A DNA stretch of 64,000 nucleotides. It comes from the human T2T-CHM13v2.0 reference genome, Homo sapiens. The stretch lies in NCBI RefSeq assembly GCF_009914755.1, contig NC_060926.1; one strand, given 5' to 3'. Below the pieces are notes generated by a model that was given only the letters and a program-made list of their open reading frames with translations, made no database searches and was not told the origin of the DNA. Shown here piece by piece: positions 11,341 to 24,370 of the stretch. Positions within the stretch are counted from its first letter, which is position 1, and every line of letters begins with the position of its first letter. The position numbers were made by a program, and so were the translations under genes.

Positions 11341-14300
11341 GTATTTTCCAATGCAACCTAAAAGTTAAAATGAAAGTAACCATAAAGTGCCATGGAAGGA
11401 AAAAAAGAGAAAATGAGGGCCAGAGAAGCCTCTACTGAGAGCTAGTTGTTAGGAGCAAGCCGGTAATTGGCAGGATTGATGATGAAACTAATGGGCAGTG
11501 TTGATTTTTTTCCACTGTGCTGTCCTGAGCTGTTGCAGCTTCTCTCCCCATCCTGATGGGGAGCCAGAGGCAACTCTGCGGGGAAAAACTGAAACATGCC
11601 ACTGTGCTAGGGGGCAACTGCAGCCATGTCTGTGGTAAGCTACTGTGTTATCTTGCAAAGTGTGTATCTTGTTATAATAGGAGAGCTCAGAATTTCTATA
11701 GATTTGCATGGATTTTGTGTTCATCTAGGCTTTTTGGGGTGTCGTTATAGCTGAGCCACCATTTTGAGGGTTTGTTTACTTAAGTTTAACTCCTCCTAGG
11801 GAAAGCATAGAATGAAAAATACATGACTATGGTCTTGGATTTATTTAGCTCAAGTTTTTCTATCATTGAGGGAGTCTCAACCCAAGGTACTAGTTTGAAC
11901 ATCTAATTAACAGTCAAGAAGGTCATTAGAGAAGAACTTGAGAGTTCAGTTAAGGATACTGCCATACTTAGTTTACTCCATGTAAAAAAAATTAAACACA
12001 AAACTATTAGCCAGAAAGATTCATTTTTTGCTATGCAACTGTTTTAGACCACATAGGAAAACTATACTTGTTTAAGCTTTGGACTAAAGTAAAAGGTCCC
12101 CTGAAATTTTCATAATAAATGAGAACTCATTTTTGAGTAGAGGTCACAACTTATAATATTAACTTGACCAGAATTATGATGGCAGTGAATTTCTGTGAAT
12201 CACTGAGTATAAGGATTTCCATACACTGGGTATGGGAAAATGCATTGTTTTGATGAATGAAGACGCCGGATGTCACAGCAGCAATTGTCCTCTGTAATAA
12301 TCAGGCCAAGCCACTACCTGCAACATACTGAGCAAGTAGGTAATCAGAAACAGTGCGATGCATTGAAATGACAAGAAGGATCTGCTAAAAATCAGGCCCA
12401 ACAACATCACAGTCACCGTCTTAGTCTGAGATAAAATGAAATGCTGAACTTTTTACAGTTCTTGTCATCTTCCTTCTAAACATAAGAAAATTATCTTTTG
12501 GTATCAGCTCAATCTTACCTTACACATTTCTTAAGACACGGGCTGATCTAAAGAATAGCAGTTGGCCCTTGCTTGACTTTGGCTTCTTCGTTAGTTTCTC
12601 AAGCTACCTACTAAGTGGAACTCTTATATGTGCGTTAAAATGCTTAATACATATCATGTGGCACTAGAAATTCTAGAAGAGGAAGAAAAAGAGGATACAG
12701 ATGTCACCCATATCTTTGGCATTCATCAAAGAGTTTATAACATTTTTACTATATGCACCATTGCATACATCAGAGGCAGGATTTGGAACACAGCATATGT
12801 GAGCCTGGAGTGCAGCAGGGTGCTTTATAATTCAATATTACATGTGCCTGTTTGACCTTAATTTCCCTGAGAAAAGACTCTATGGTGGGGCATTCATTGG
12901 CAGCATGGTCTCAGGGTTCTAGATCATTTTTCCAAGTGAAAAAGTAATAGAAAATACTTTACCAGCAATCACGTAGTGATAGTTTAGCCTGTTATCAGCA
13001 CCCTTTTTGTAATAATAAAAACAAGTCCAAGTTTGAATTTCAGTAGCAGGTCTTTTTTCTGCAGCTGAAGATATATTTTCAAATTATGATGCTGGATTGA
13101 TACAAAGCATCATTTCCCTCAGAACATTGCTGCAGTTGCCATTATCAGATCCTCCCTCGTTGGAGAAATGTCATACGTGAAAAAGGAGTATATTTATAAA
13201 AGTTAGAAATAAAATTACAGGTTGGGCACGTGTTCCTAGGGAGCATGCATTCCAGCTCAGTAGATTCACAGCATTATCTCCTTCTCTATGTATGTGTGTA
13301 TGTAATTTTACCCATTCTTATGAGGTTGTTTGGCAATACTATAAATCAAGGCCTTTTTTTCTTTTTCATTTGTCAACTGGACTTTAAGGGGAAGCATGGG
13401 AAGAGGAGAGATTGTGAAAGAGCTGATACCTGGTAACCCAAGGCAGTGAACCAGTACTCCTAGATTTGTGACTATCCAGGGCAAGTGAAACCCTTACTAT
13501 TTCTTTAAGCAGCCTTCTGGCTTTTTGTTCAGAGGTCAAAGTCTTTCCAAAGCTGTGAAGTTCACCGTGTAGAAATAGAGATAAGAAATTGATTATCTTC
13601 CACTTCCAACATCTCCACAGGATAAAAAGACTCTTAAGTCCTACAAACACATTCAACCAAGACATTTAATCTACACACATTTAAGGACAGGGTCTGCTCT
13701 CATGGTCTCTCATGTCTGTTAAATGTCCAAGTTCTAAATAACTCACCTCTTTTTCGTTGTTGACTTCCCACCACAATGCCTGGCTCATAGCAGGTATGCA
13801 AATAAGTATTAGTCAAACTAAGTTGGAATTTTGAGAGAGTAAGAATTCCAGATTTGACTTGGAAATTATCGGAGGGTGTAATTTCTCTTTTTCCTTTTTC
13901 TAATTAAAAAATATATGTAGATAGGGAAAGGTACATAAAATATAGAAATATGCCATTTAGCAAGTAATTAAAAAGTGAACACCCAGGAGTTTTCAACCTC
14001 TTTGTTTTGGCTTCATAGTGGTTTGGTTTTATTCCCTACAGTTCTCAGCACAATGACATGTCACTTGATGTTTAATTGAGATGAAAATAAGATTTAAAAC
14101 AATACCAATACATACAAGAAATTCAGATTACTAGACCAAGAATATGGCATTTTGAATGAGAACTATTTCTTCTTCTACTCTGATTGCTTTGTAATTACAA
14201 TTATATTTTGAGAGACAATTTACCATCCCTATGAAAATGCTGGGATTAACATTTCAGAAACATCCGAAAGAATAAAAACAGGTCCTCTTCCTCTGGAGCA

Positions 14301-15378
14301 GGCCACTACTACCTCTGCACTCAGGTCAAACAGATACCTTAGGAGTCTTAAGATACCTTCCAAGAAGGTCAAAGAAATTGCTTTGTGAATACAAAGGAAG
14401 TCTGGACCAAAAATAAAAAAAAAAAAAAAAACACTAATGAACTGAAAAGATAAAATTGAAAAAGACAGCTAATTCTTGCTTAATGATTTATTTGGGTGCC
14501 GATGGGACTGAAGCCTCTTTGCACTTAGAGTTTGGGGTATGACTGGGCTCCTTTCTGGAGAAAAAACTCCACCAAATTTCCTGAGAGGCTGGAGAGGAAT
14601 TTGAATTGAACATTTTGTATGAAGGACTTCAGAAGTGGCTCAATTTAGCTAACTTAAGGTTGAAATAGTGAGAAAACAAGTAAGATCCCAAAGGCAACAT
14701 TCTTTCTTCTGTAAAAACTGATCTTTTGCCAAAAATGCTTGCTTTAGAGCACAAAAAGAATTCTGTTAGATTTGTGATTCTGAAACAGTTACCATTATTC
14801 TTGCCCAGAGGGTGAATAGACCTGAAACTCATCAGCCAGGTAGGAAAAGTACGTCTATTTGAAATAAAATGCATTTTTTCTTCATAGAGAGTCTTAATAA
14901 ATACTCCGTAAGTGATCTCTAGGTTTCAAAATTATTAAGTGTTTTTATTTATTTATTTATTGTTAAAACAATTTTAAACAATGAACCTTTATGAAGTACC
15001 CAGAATGTATACAGGGTTATACTAGGTATCTGAAATGCCGCAAATGAATAACTATGCAGATTCTGTCTTGAATTATGAAATAAATGCTAAAAGTATTCAT
15101 GAAAGTAAAGATCAGAGAAACTAATATTTTCTTTCAACCTTTAGTTGGCCTTTTCTCTAATTAGCAGTTGGAAGGGCATAAAGGGACAACTTTGTTTAAT
15201 CAGTTTATCAATAAAAAAGTAAACACTTTGGAAGGTAGATAAGAGCTGCATGTTTTAAACTAAACATAGACTGGACAGCATCTGTTGAGACAAAAGAGGA
15301 GAAAAATTATGGTCCATTCTTCCTTCACTAGAGCCTCCTCTATGTCCAACAGACTCATTTTAAGATCTCTAGTAAACG

Positions 15379-15547
15379 TAGCCAGGTATGGTGGCACGCA
15401 CCTGTAATCCAGCTACTCGGGAGGCTGAGGCATGAGAATCACTTGAGCCCAGGAGGCAGAGGTTGCAGCGACCCGAGATTGCTCTACTGCACTCTAACCT
15501 GAGTGTCAGAGCAAGACTCTGTCAGAAAAAAAAAAAAAAAAAAAAAA
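15379..15547 (+). mobile_element. Alu right arm only (5'-truncated)
   Basis: Right monomer plus long A-tail; degenerate TSD around CTCTAGTAAAC / CTCTAGGAAAC. Confidence 0.9.
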
Positions 15548-16699
15548 CCTCTAGGAAACTATTCAGGTATGAAAATAGAAGCTAGTCTATTTGTGTTCAA
15601 AATAAAATAAAAGATTTCTGATCACTGGAATCATCTCTAGCCTGTAAGGAAAAGTACTACATAGTCTAAGAGCATCAAAGGAAAACATGGCCTACAAGCA
15701 TCTGCTGGAAGACAAAGGACCCTCATCCTGATGAGTATTCAGATAGGACCAAAAGTATGAGGTAAAACATGACCTAGAGGCATTTACCTGGAAGTATAGT
15801 TGATGCTTTTGGAAATGAAATCACTCCATGCTTAAAAGTATGCAATATATAGGTCTCAAATTTTTAAGTGCTATAGGAAGTGGTAGAGTGCATTTAGACA
15901 CAAAATTACTTTTATCTCAATTTTCAACAGATTTGCTGCAATAGAAAAGTTATCTTTTTTTAGATTTAAGAGCTCCAAATAGCACTGTAGCCTACATTAA
16001 GCATCAAGTGCCCCGTTCCCTTCACAAAAGTTTTCTGGTTCATTCGAGTCACTGAATTCCAAATAATGCACATTGGGTTACCAACATTAGTCGCCACTGT
16101 CATATTCAGAAATTAATCCTAAATGGTTTACAGTCCTTCTCATTTTTTCTCTTTCAATTATGTGACATAGTCCACACTTTTCATTAAAGTTATTAATAAT
16201 ATAAGGATCTTAGGTGGCAATTTTCTGCACAGCTGGGGAAAAGTTGCATATTCAGTGTAGGTATGCAGATGCTTACTGAATCCCAGAGACATAAATGGTT
16301 TATTCCCAGGAATAGTCCTACCTTGCTATTGTTTAATAAAGGTCTAAATTAGATTGGCATCAGTACAACAAAGCATTCATTTTTATTTATGCATCTCGAA
16401 TACACTTTTATACATATGTAAAATGAACACATTTTGAGAGTTTAATAAGTTTTATAATTATATTTCTAGATAAATGCACTTTTTGAGAAAGACAAGAAAA
16501 ATAATTATTTTCTGATGTATTTCACATTAGCAAAAGGGCCTAAAACATAACAGTGCAAATAATGAATGCAAATAAGGAAGGACTCCACAGATTGCTTTCC
16601 TTCGGCCACAGAACTATTAGAACGTAAGGATATGAAAATAACTAACGGCTTTCTACACTAGATCTTGATCCCTGCTAGTAGTAGACTGACTGCTTGGGG

Positions 16700-17276
16700 G
16701 TAAACAAGGGAAGCCTTGGTAGTTCTTGCTTTACAAAGGCCAGAGAAAAGGAGGTTCGGGATAGGGTAGAATGAGCTCTTTCTTTAGGTATTGCTGGCAC
16801 TCCCTGCCTTAAAGTGACTCATCTCCAGATCATAATGGAGATGGGAACCTTTACCCACCTGCATCAGAAAACCGTTCACGCTGGCATTTTGGAAGGAGTA
16901 GGGACTCCGTCCAGTTCTAAGGTCACTATTTTTGGCTTACTATTACCCTTTGACCATTATGATTGTGTAAAGTGGCTTAAGTATAAACGCAGCCTGGAGA
17001 CACAGCAGTTACTGCCTGAGACCGGACTGCCTTCTGACTGGTGATTCACTGTGGAATTATTATTTGGCTGATTGTGTGCACTGTTTATATGGATGGATGG
17101 AAGCTCAACAGTTGCTTCCATACGTGTATACAAACAACAATCCACAAAATCAGCCACATAATAATTTAAAAGGAAACTGAAGCCCAGGTAGAGTATAACA
17201 AGAATCCTCTTGTTCCACTCGGCGCTATGGCAAATTTGTGAGTCCAGGAGGAAGTGGGAGCCCCTCAGGTGTAAGT
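16700..17276 (+). promoter_or_regulatory. Possible promoter/enhancer (FOX, AP-1, TATA, ETS motifs; downstream splice-donor-like sites)
   Basis: GTAAACA 16700-16706, TGACTCA 16815-16821, TATAAA 16982-16987, GAGGAAGTG 17248-17256, GTAAGT 17271-17276; motif evidence only. Confidence 0.3.
17055..17166. repeat. Imperfect 112-nt hairpin
   Basis: AATTATTATTTGGCTGATT pairs with AATCAGCCACATAATAATT; inner ATGGAAGC pairs with GCTTCCAT around a 9-nt loop. Confidence 0.85.
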
Positions 17277-18210
17277 TCTGTCAAGGTTGGTTGGAGCAAA
17301 TGACACATTGCTAGTGGGAAAATAGAAATAGTCAATAAATCTCTTGTTCTTGATCAAAAGCAATTCATAATAGGTTTTATTTCTAAACAATTGGGTTTAT
17401 AACTAGAATTTGCCTATTGGCCAAATGAACATTATTCTTTTCTTATTCGGCTGTAATTAATGAATGAATTAAAAACCAGCATTAATACAAGGAGCAAATA
17501 AATTTTCATGACAAAAGGATACCAAATTTGACTATAAAATACGTAGACATAAAAATTCTTTTTACCCCAATTTTTAACTCTGATAATGTGTGTTAGGAAA
17601 TGTCTTTTCTTCATCAGATGAAGATAAATCATGAACATTGACTCTCTAAAGTGTATTATACCGATAAACCTTATAACACCATAATAAGCTTGCACTCTCT
17701 TGAGGCTTTCCTCATACCTGGCTAAGGATCTTCCAAAAGCATTTAAACTCTGTTGCCATCTATTAATACACTATTTGAGAGATGAACAAACCTTTGTGAC
17801 CAAGTGAAAGCATACTTCCTTTACCGAGCTGTCAGCTAGTTTTCTAAACATTCTGGGGTGTTTGAATTCTCCAGACACATACATAAATTTACGGATTGGA
17901 TGCAAAATTATTTGATTCCCATAGATTACAGATGCCCTAAAGATTTTTCCAACTACTTGGTTTTGCATCCAAGGAAGAAAGAGTCACATGGCTTGGTCTG
18001 ACAAAATACCAATGGAAAATCAAAGTTGGAACCAGTGTAAAATAAAGGACTTGTGAATGGAAGGAGGATCATGAAAAATTCAGTGATCTGAATGCACTAA
18101 TGGCACAAGTCTTCTAGCATTACTTCTACTTGTCACTACTAGAAATTGCGACAAAACTCAAAGAAAAACCTTTCTGTAGAAATCGTAGCCACATAGGAAA
18201 ATCACGTGTA

Positions 18211-19478
18211 CTAGGGGACTCCAAAAAGTTCATGGAAAAATGGAATGGAGAGATGAAAATTAAAAATGTAAACTTTATTTCTCAACATAAGCTCCGTGAC
18301 GTTCAAGACACTTTTGTATGCAATAATATCAGCCATTTATTCCACGCCTAAAGAACTGAGGGTCCTGGGAATTTAACCATGCCAATGCAATATTTTTTAC
18401 ATTATTAATTGAAGAAAAAAGGAATGCTCTTTATAGACTTTTTAAGATTGGGAAACAAAAAGAATTCAGAAGGAGCCAAATCATGACTATAAAGTGGAAT
18501 GCCTAATGATTTCCCATCAAAACTCACAAAATTGCCCTTGTTTGATGAGAGGAATGAGCAGGTACATTGTTGTGGTGGAGAAGGACTCTCTGGTACAGTT
18601 TCCCAGGAGTTTTTCTGATAAAGCTTTGGCTAACTTTCCCAAAACACTCTCATAATAAACAGGCGTGATCACTCTTGGCCCTCCAGAAAGTCAACAAAAA
18701 AGTGCCTTAAGCATCGCCCCAAAAACTGTTGTCATGACCTTTTTACCCTTGACCAGTCCACTTTTTCTTTGCCTGGATCACTTCCATCTCTTGGTAGCCA
18801 TTGCTATGATTGTGCTTTGTCTTCAGGATTGTACTGGGAAAGGCATGTTTCATCTCCTATTAAAATTGTTCAAAGCAGTGCTTCAGGATCTTGATCCCAT
18901 TTATTAAAAATTTCCCTGGAAAGTTCTGCTTTTGTCTGTAGTTGATCTGGGTACAACAGTTTTGACACCCATCAAGTGGAAAGTTTGTTCAATCTTAAAT
19001 TTTCTGCCAGAATTATGTAAGCTGAACCAATTGAGGTGTTGGCTATTGTTTCTGCTGTTCTTGGTCCTCTTCAATTGGGGCATCAACAAATTTGAAGTGG
19101 ATGTTCTGCTGCTGAGGGCTTCTTCTTCAACATCATCTCATCCTTTCTTAAAATGAGTTATCCATTTGTAAACTGCTCATTTCTTTGCGGCATTGTCCCC
19201 ATAAACTTTTTGTAAAGTATCAATGATTTCACCATTCTTTCACCCAATCTTCACCACAAATTTGATGTTGTTTCTGCTTCAATTTTAGCAGAATTCATGT
19301 TTCTCTGATTGAGGCTCTTTTCAAACTGCTGTCTTATCCTTCTTCATGCCTCAGACTAGATCCTACTCAGACATGTTATAACAAGTTAGTACAAGTTTGT
19401 ATTTGTGCAAAAAAATATGAAATTCCTGTATAGTTTTTCATAATACACATTTTCCATGGGCAATGTGAAGACACCACA
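18211..19478 (-). mobile_element. HSMAR2 mariner, full-length
   Basis: TIR-like ends (CTAGGGGACTCCAAAAAGTTCATGGAAAA / TTTTCCATGGGCAATGTGAAGACACCACA), TA on both flanks, ~1.27 kb, mariner transposase motifs inside. Confidence 0.93.
18275..19298 (-). pseudogene. Degenerate mariner (DD34D) transposase of HSMAR2
   Basis: Starts MNSAKIEA; remnants WVSKLL (WVPxxL), GDET, LHHNNVPAH (HHDNAPAH), YSHDLAPSE (YSPDLAPSD); no long open frame in the ORF track. Confidence 0.9.
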
Positions 19479-19619
19479 TATTTGTTAATGTGTCAGGTAC
19501 GGAAGAAATCTAGCAGTTTCTTTGAATTTAGCCTTAATTAAGTAAATTTTATTATAAAGTATCTTCTCAAAGGGAGAATTGTGTGAAAAATTGTTATAAC
19601 ACTTTATAGTTCTAACTAG

Positions 19620-20076
19620 GAAAGTTTTCTACAGAACGAATACAATATATATAAAGAAATTTATTATAAAGTTTTGACTCACAAAATTATAGAGGCTGAG
19701 AAGTCCCATGATCTGCTGTTTGCAAGCTGCAGACCCAGGGAAGCCTGTGGTGTAGTTCAGAGAGCTGAGAGCTGACAAGATGATGGTGTAGATTCTAGTC
19801 TGAGTCTGAAAGCCTGAAAACCAGGAGATTGATGTCCCAGCTCAAGCAGTCAGGCAGACAGAGAAATCAACCTTCCCCTGCCTTTTTGTTCTATTCAGGC
19901 CCTCAAGTATGGGGCCCACCCACTTTGAGGAGGGCCATCTGCTTTACTCAGTCCACCAATTCCAGTGCTGATCTCTCTGTCAGAGCATCCTTACAGACAC
20001 ATCCAAAAATAATGTTTAACCAGCTACCTGGCATCCCTTGGTCCAGTCAAGTGGACACCTAAAATTCACCATTACG
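19620..20076 (-). mobile_element. MLT2B-type ERVL solo LTR
   Basis: GAGGCTGAGAAGTCCCATGATCTGC...GCAAGCTG...CAGTCAAGTGGACACCTAAAATTCACCATTAC. Confidence 0.85.
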
Positions 20077-21938
20077 AAAGGTATTTATAAAATATGTAGA
20101 GAAACTTCTTCATGCTGTAGCAATATATTTACTCCATGCTTCCCAACAACAAAAATTTTTCTCTACACTGAATAGTAGGACTAGATTTATTATGCATCTG
20201 GCTGGAATTCTTTCTTCCTTCCTTTCTTTTTTCTTTAAAGAAAATAGTCATCATGGTCTGAAAAATGGTAGGCCAAAAAACCTCCTTACTCAGTATTTAT
20301 GATGCTAGATTCTGACGGAAGCCTGTTAACTTGCATGGCATATCCACTCTAGTGCAGAGGCTATGGGATGATGTAATTATAAATTCCACTGATAATAGGA
20401 GGATGACAGGAACATATTTATTCTCAAAGATATCAGAACATAAATTAAAATGTCAGATACTCAAACTGACATCTAGAAAAACAAAGGTTATTCCCACTGT
20501 GTAAAGTAGAGATTTGCCTCTGACAAGTTCATAGAATGCATCCTTTTCTTGGCATCGTCACCAAAAACTCACGCAGACACCTGAAATTTCCCTAGTTTTT
20601 AAATGCACTTAAGGTTGCCTAAAGTGTATGAGAGACATTCGGAAATCACAAGGTCTGACTGTGCTTGATAGCGATTATGTGAAGATTCTAACAATAGCCA
20701 AGGTGCCTTTGAATCCTATTTGCTTTTCCTAATGCCTTGTCCATAAATTAGAATCTTGTTACCTTTGCTATTCCATTTAGGAAAGTATTGCTTAAGAGGA
20801 TCCTAGTCATCTTAGAAAAGTAATATCCTTCCAGAATTACTTAATGTTCTCACCTTTAAAGGACTAACATAAGAAATTTTTCTATTGAATCTATCTAATG
20901 GCTAGGCAGAAGAAGGAAAAAAATGTATTTGAAATTGCACTCAATTAGTTGCATTCTCCCCTGGGTACCTGGTGCCCAGGGCCAAGCAATCTCTCTGGGG
21001 TACTGGGCCAGCCTCAGCTGTGGCAGAGAAGCCTCTGAGCTCTGAGACCTCACAGCTGTTATTTCAGCCTGCACAAATCCTAGTGGGCACAAGATGTAGT
21101 GTGCTGCAAGAAATATGACTAAAGCCAAATCCTAGCCCCCTCCAAACACCTTCCATGCTTCACCAAAGCTAACCAAGGAAGTCTTATGCTGAGTTACATC
21201 AATCTCGGTGCCTTCTTTTTTCGGTACTTTGAATTTTTATTTTCATCTTTTTGAAGTATATGTACAGTAAAATTCACTTTCTGGTATATACTGTTATGAA
21301 TTTTGACAAATGCATGAAATTCATAACCACAATCACTATTAAACTACAGAATAGTTCTGTCATTCTGAGACCCCCAAAATCCATCAGGCAACCCCTTTCT
21401 AGTCAAATCCTTCACCCATCATTAACACTGAGCAGAACTAGTCTCTGTTCTCTGTTCCTATAGTTTTATCATTTCCAGAATATCATATAAATAGCATCAT
21501 ACAATATATAGTCTTTTGAGTCTGGCTTCTTTTGCCTAGCTTAATGTATTTGAGATTAACCCGTATTCTTGCTTTTATTAATCATTAGCTCCTTTTTATT
21601 TCTGAGTAGTATTCCATTATACGGATGTGCCACAGTTTATTTATCTATTCCTCAGCTGAGGGACATTGGGTTTTTGCCAGAATCAGACATATAGGAACAA
21701 TATATTCAAGATTTTGTGCAAACATGAATTTTAATTTCATTTGAAATATGTAGGAGTAAAATGTATGGGTCATATAGTAAGTGTATTTAACTTTGTAGGA
21801 AGCTATCAAACTGATTTCTAGGTGGCTATACCATTTGGCATTCTCACCAGCAATGTATGAAATTTCCAAGTGGTCTACATCCTTCTCTGTACTTGGTATT
21901 GTCTGATTATTGCTTGCTGTGTTTGTATGTTTATTTAG

Positions 21939-22157
<219 letters not shown>

Positions 22158-22189
22158 TGATATATCATTGTGGTTTTAATTTGCAGTTC

Positions 22190-22233
22190 CTTAAAGACTA
22201 ATGAAATTGGGCTTAAAGACTAATGAAATTGGG
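22190..22233. repeat. Perfect 22-bp tandem duplication
   Basis: CTTAAAGACTAATGAAATTGGG x2. Confidence 0.95.
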
Positions 22234-22849
22234 CAGTCTTCCATATATTTTCCATTTGTATATTCTTTTTGGTAAAATATCTGTTCAACTGTTTTGTTCA
22301 TGTTTTAATTAGGTTGTTTATTGTTCAGATTTGAGGGTTCTTTAGATATTCTGCGTATAAGTCGTTTCTCAGATGTATGATTTGGAGATTATTTTCTTTC
22401 AGTGTATGGCTGGTCTTTTCAGTCTGTTAGTGGTGTCTTTCTCAAAGCAAAAATTGTTAACGTTGATAAAGTCTAATTTACCAATTTTTTTTCATAGATC
22501 ATACTATTTCCACTAAACCTGAGAAATCTTTGCCTTACCCAAGGTCACAAAGATTTTTTCTTATATTTTCCTCTAAAAGGTTTATAGTTTTTCATATCAG
22601 TGTCCTATTTTAATGAGGCCAGGAAGTACTCTGTGAATTCTGAGTATTATAAATGGACATAGAAAATTTAAGATGTCAGGGAAATTTTTAAATGCCCAAT
22701 TAGATTTTTATTTCAGTGAAGGCAAAGGTTGCATCTCCCAGTGATATCGCTGTGCCTTGCCCTATCTCCATTTTCGATAGCAGCTAGATGTTCAATAAAC
22801 ACTTATTAAGAATTAATAAATCCTCTTGGAGAAGCTAACTTATTATTTA

Positions 22850-23090
22850 GCATTGTGTAGTACAGAAAGAATAGGCTTTTAGTCAGCTGTATATTCAAAT
22901 TACAGCTCCGTGTCCTGCTGGCTGTATGTCCTTGGGCAGGAGCTTCATAATTCAGTTCTTTGGGCTGGGTTTCATGACTTTAAACTGTGGACTAATAATG
23001 TATTTTGTGATTTTAGTGAGGATTAAATGTGGTAACGTGAAAGCGTCTTCATAGTGCCTGACATATATTGGCATCCTGTGAAGAGTTATT
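22850..23090 (+). mobile_element. MIR
   Basis: TTCAAATTACAGCTCC...GTCCTTGGGCAGG...GTGAGGATTAAATG...AGTGCCTGACAT. Confidence 0.75.
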
Positions 23091-23150
23091 TTCTCCCTTT
23101 TTTCTCTTCTATCCAAATCCTAGATATGTGTGTGTTTAAACAGTCAAGTA

Positions 23151-23527
<377 letters not shown>

Positions 23528-24124
23528 TCATGTATACATGCATTTTTAACATGAGAAGACTCAGATAGACATAGCCATTTTCAATAGGTTCTCTTCTTAG
23601 GATTACCCTTCTACTGTGCAAAAGTAGAGGGAATGAAAAGGGGCCAGGTTGGGATGGGGACGAGGCAGAGGGGAAATCCTGAAGTGCAGCATCCATGGGA
23701 GAGTCCCTTCTCATGCATATTGGCATTTGGCTCAATCAGGGCCAGGAAGCAGATACGCTAACCAATAATGAAATACAGACTGGGGGAGAATGGTTCTGCT
23801 CATGTTTGCTTACCAGATCATTACCATTGTAAGTTATGCTGCATTTTATTTTAAAATACCAGAAACTTTTACTGAACTAAGAGGATTTTTCTAGTTAGAA
23901 GGGCTCACTAATGACTGACCGGGGAAATCCAAAAGGCTGCCATGGTTTCTAGTCCCAGACATTATGTTGGAAACTAAACTATCACGTGCCTAATTGACAA
24001 GGTGCAAGTAAACACCAAAATTAGTTAGCACAGAAGCACAGGCCGATTTAATGTCTTGAGGTACTCTTAAAATTGATTATTTTGAAAAATAACCTGAAAG
24101 GAAAGTCACAACGATATTTTCCCT

Positions 24125-24370
24125 AGTAATAATGCTATTTATTAAGTGCATGCTCAATGCCAGTGTCATTGAGGGTTTTTGTGTATTATCTAATTTAGTT
24201 CTTATAACAACCCTGTGAAGTGAGTGCAATTAGCCTCCTTATTTTATGAACAGGGAGACTGCAGGCTTAGGTAAAATATCTGCCTTAAAGTTGCACTACT
24301 GAAAATGACTAACTCAGAATTTGAACTCAAGGCAGTGTAACTGGAAAGCCACTGTTCATAACTGCTATCC
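24125..24370 (-). mobile_element. MIR
   Basis: ATTTATTAAGTGC...CTTATAACAACCCTGTGAAG...ATTTGAACTCAAGGCAG. Confidence 0.78.

Noticed and set aside
16957-17157. ORF MEATVELPSIHINSAHNQ...
   Set aside because: Short, unrecognised and overlaps the hairpin, which better explains the sequence
20959-20981. Small palindrome CCCTGGGTACCTGGTGCCCAGGG
   Set aside because: Short, mismatched stem that could arise by chance
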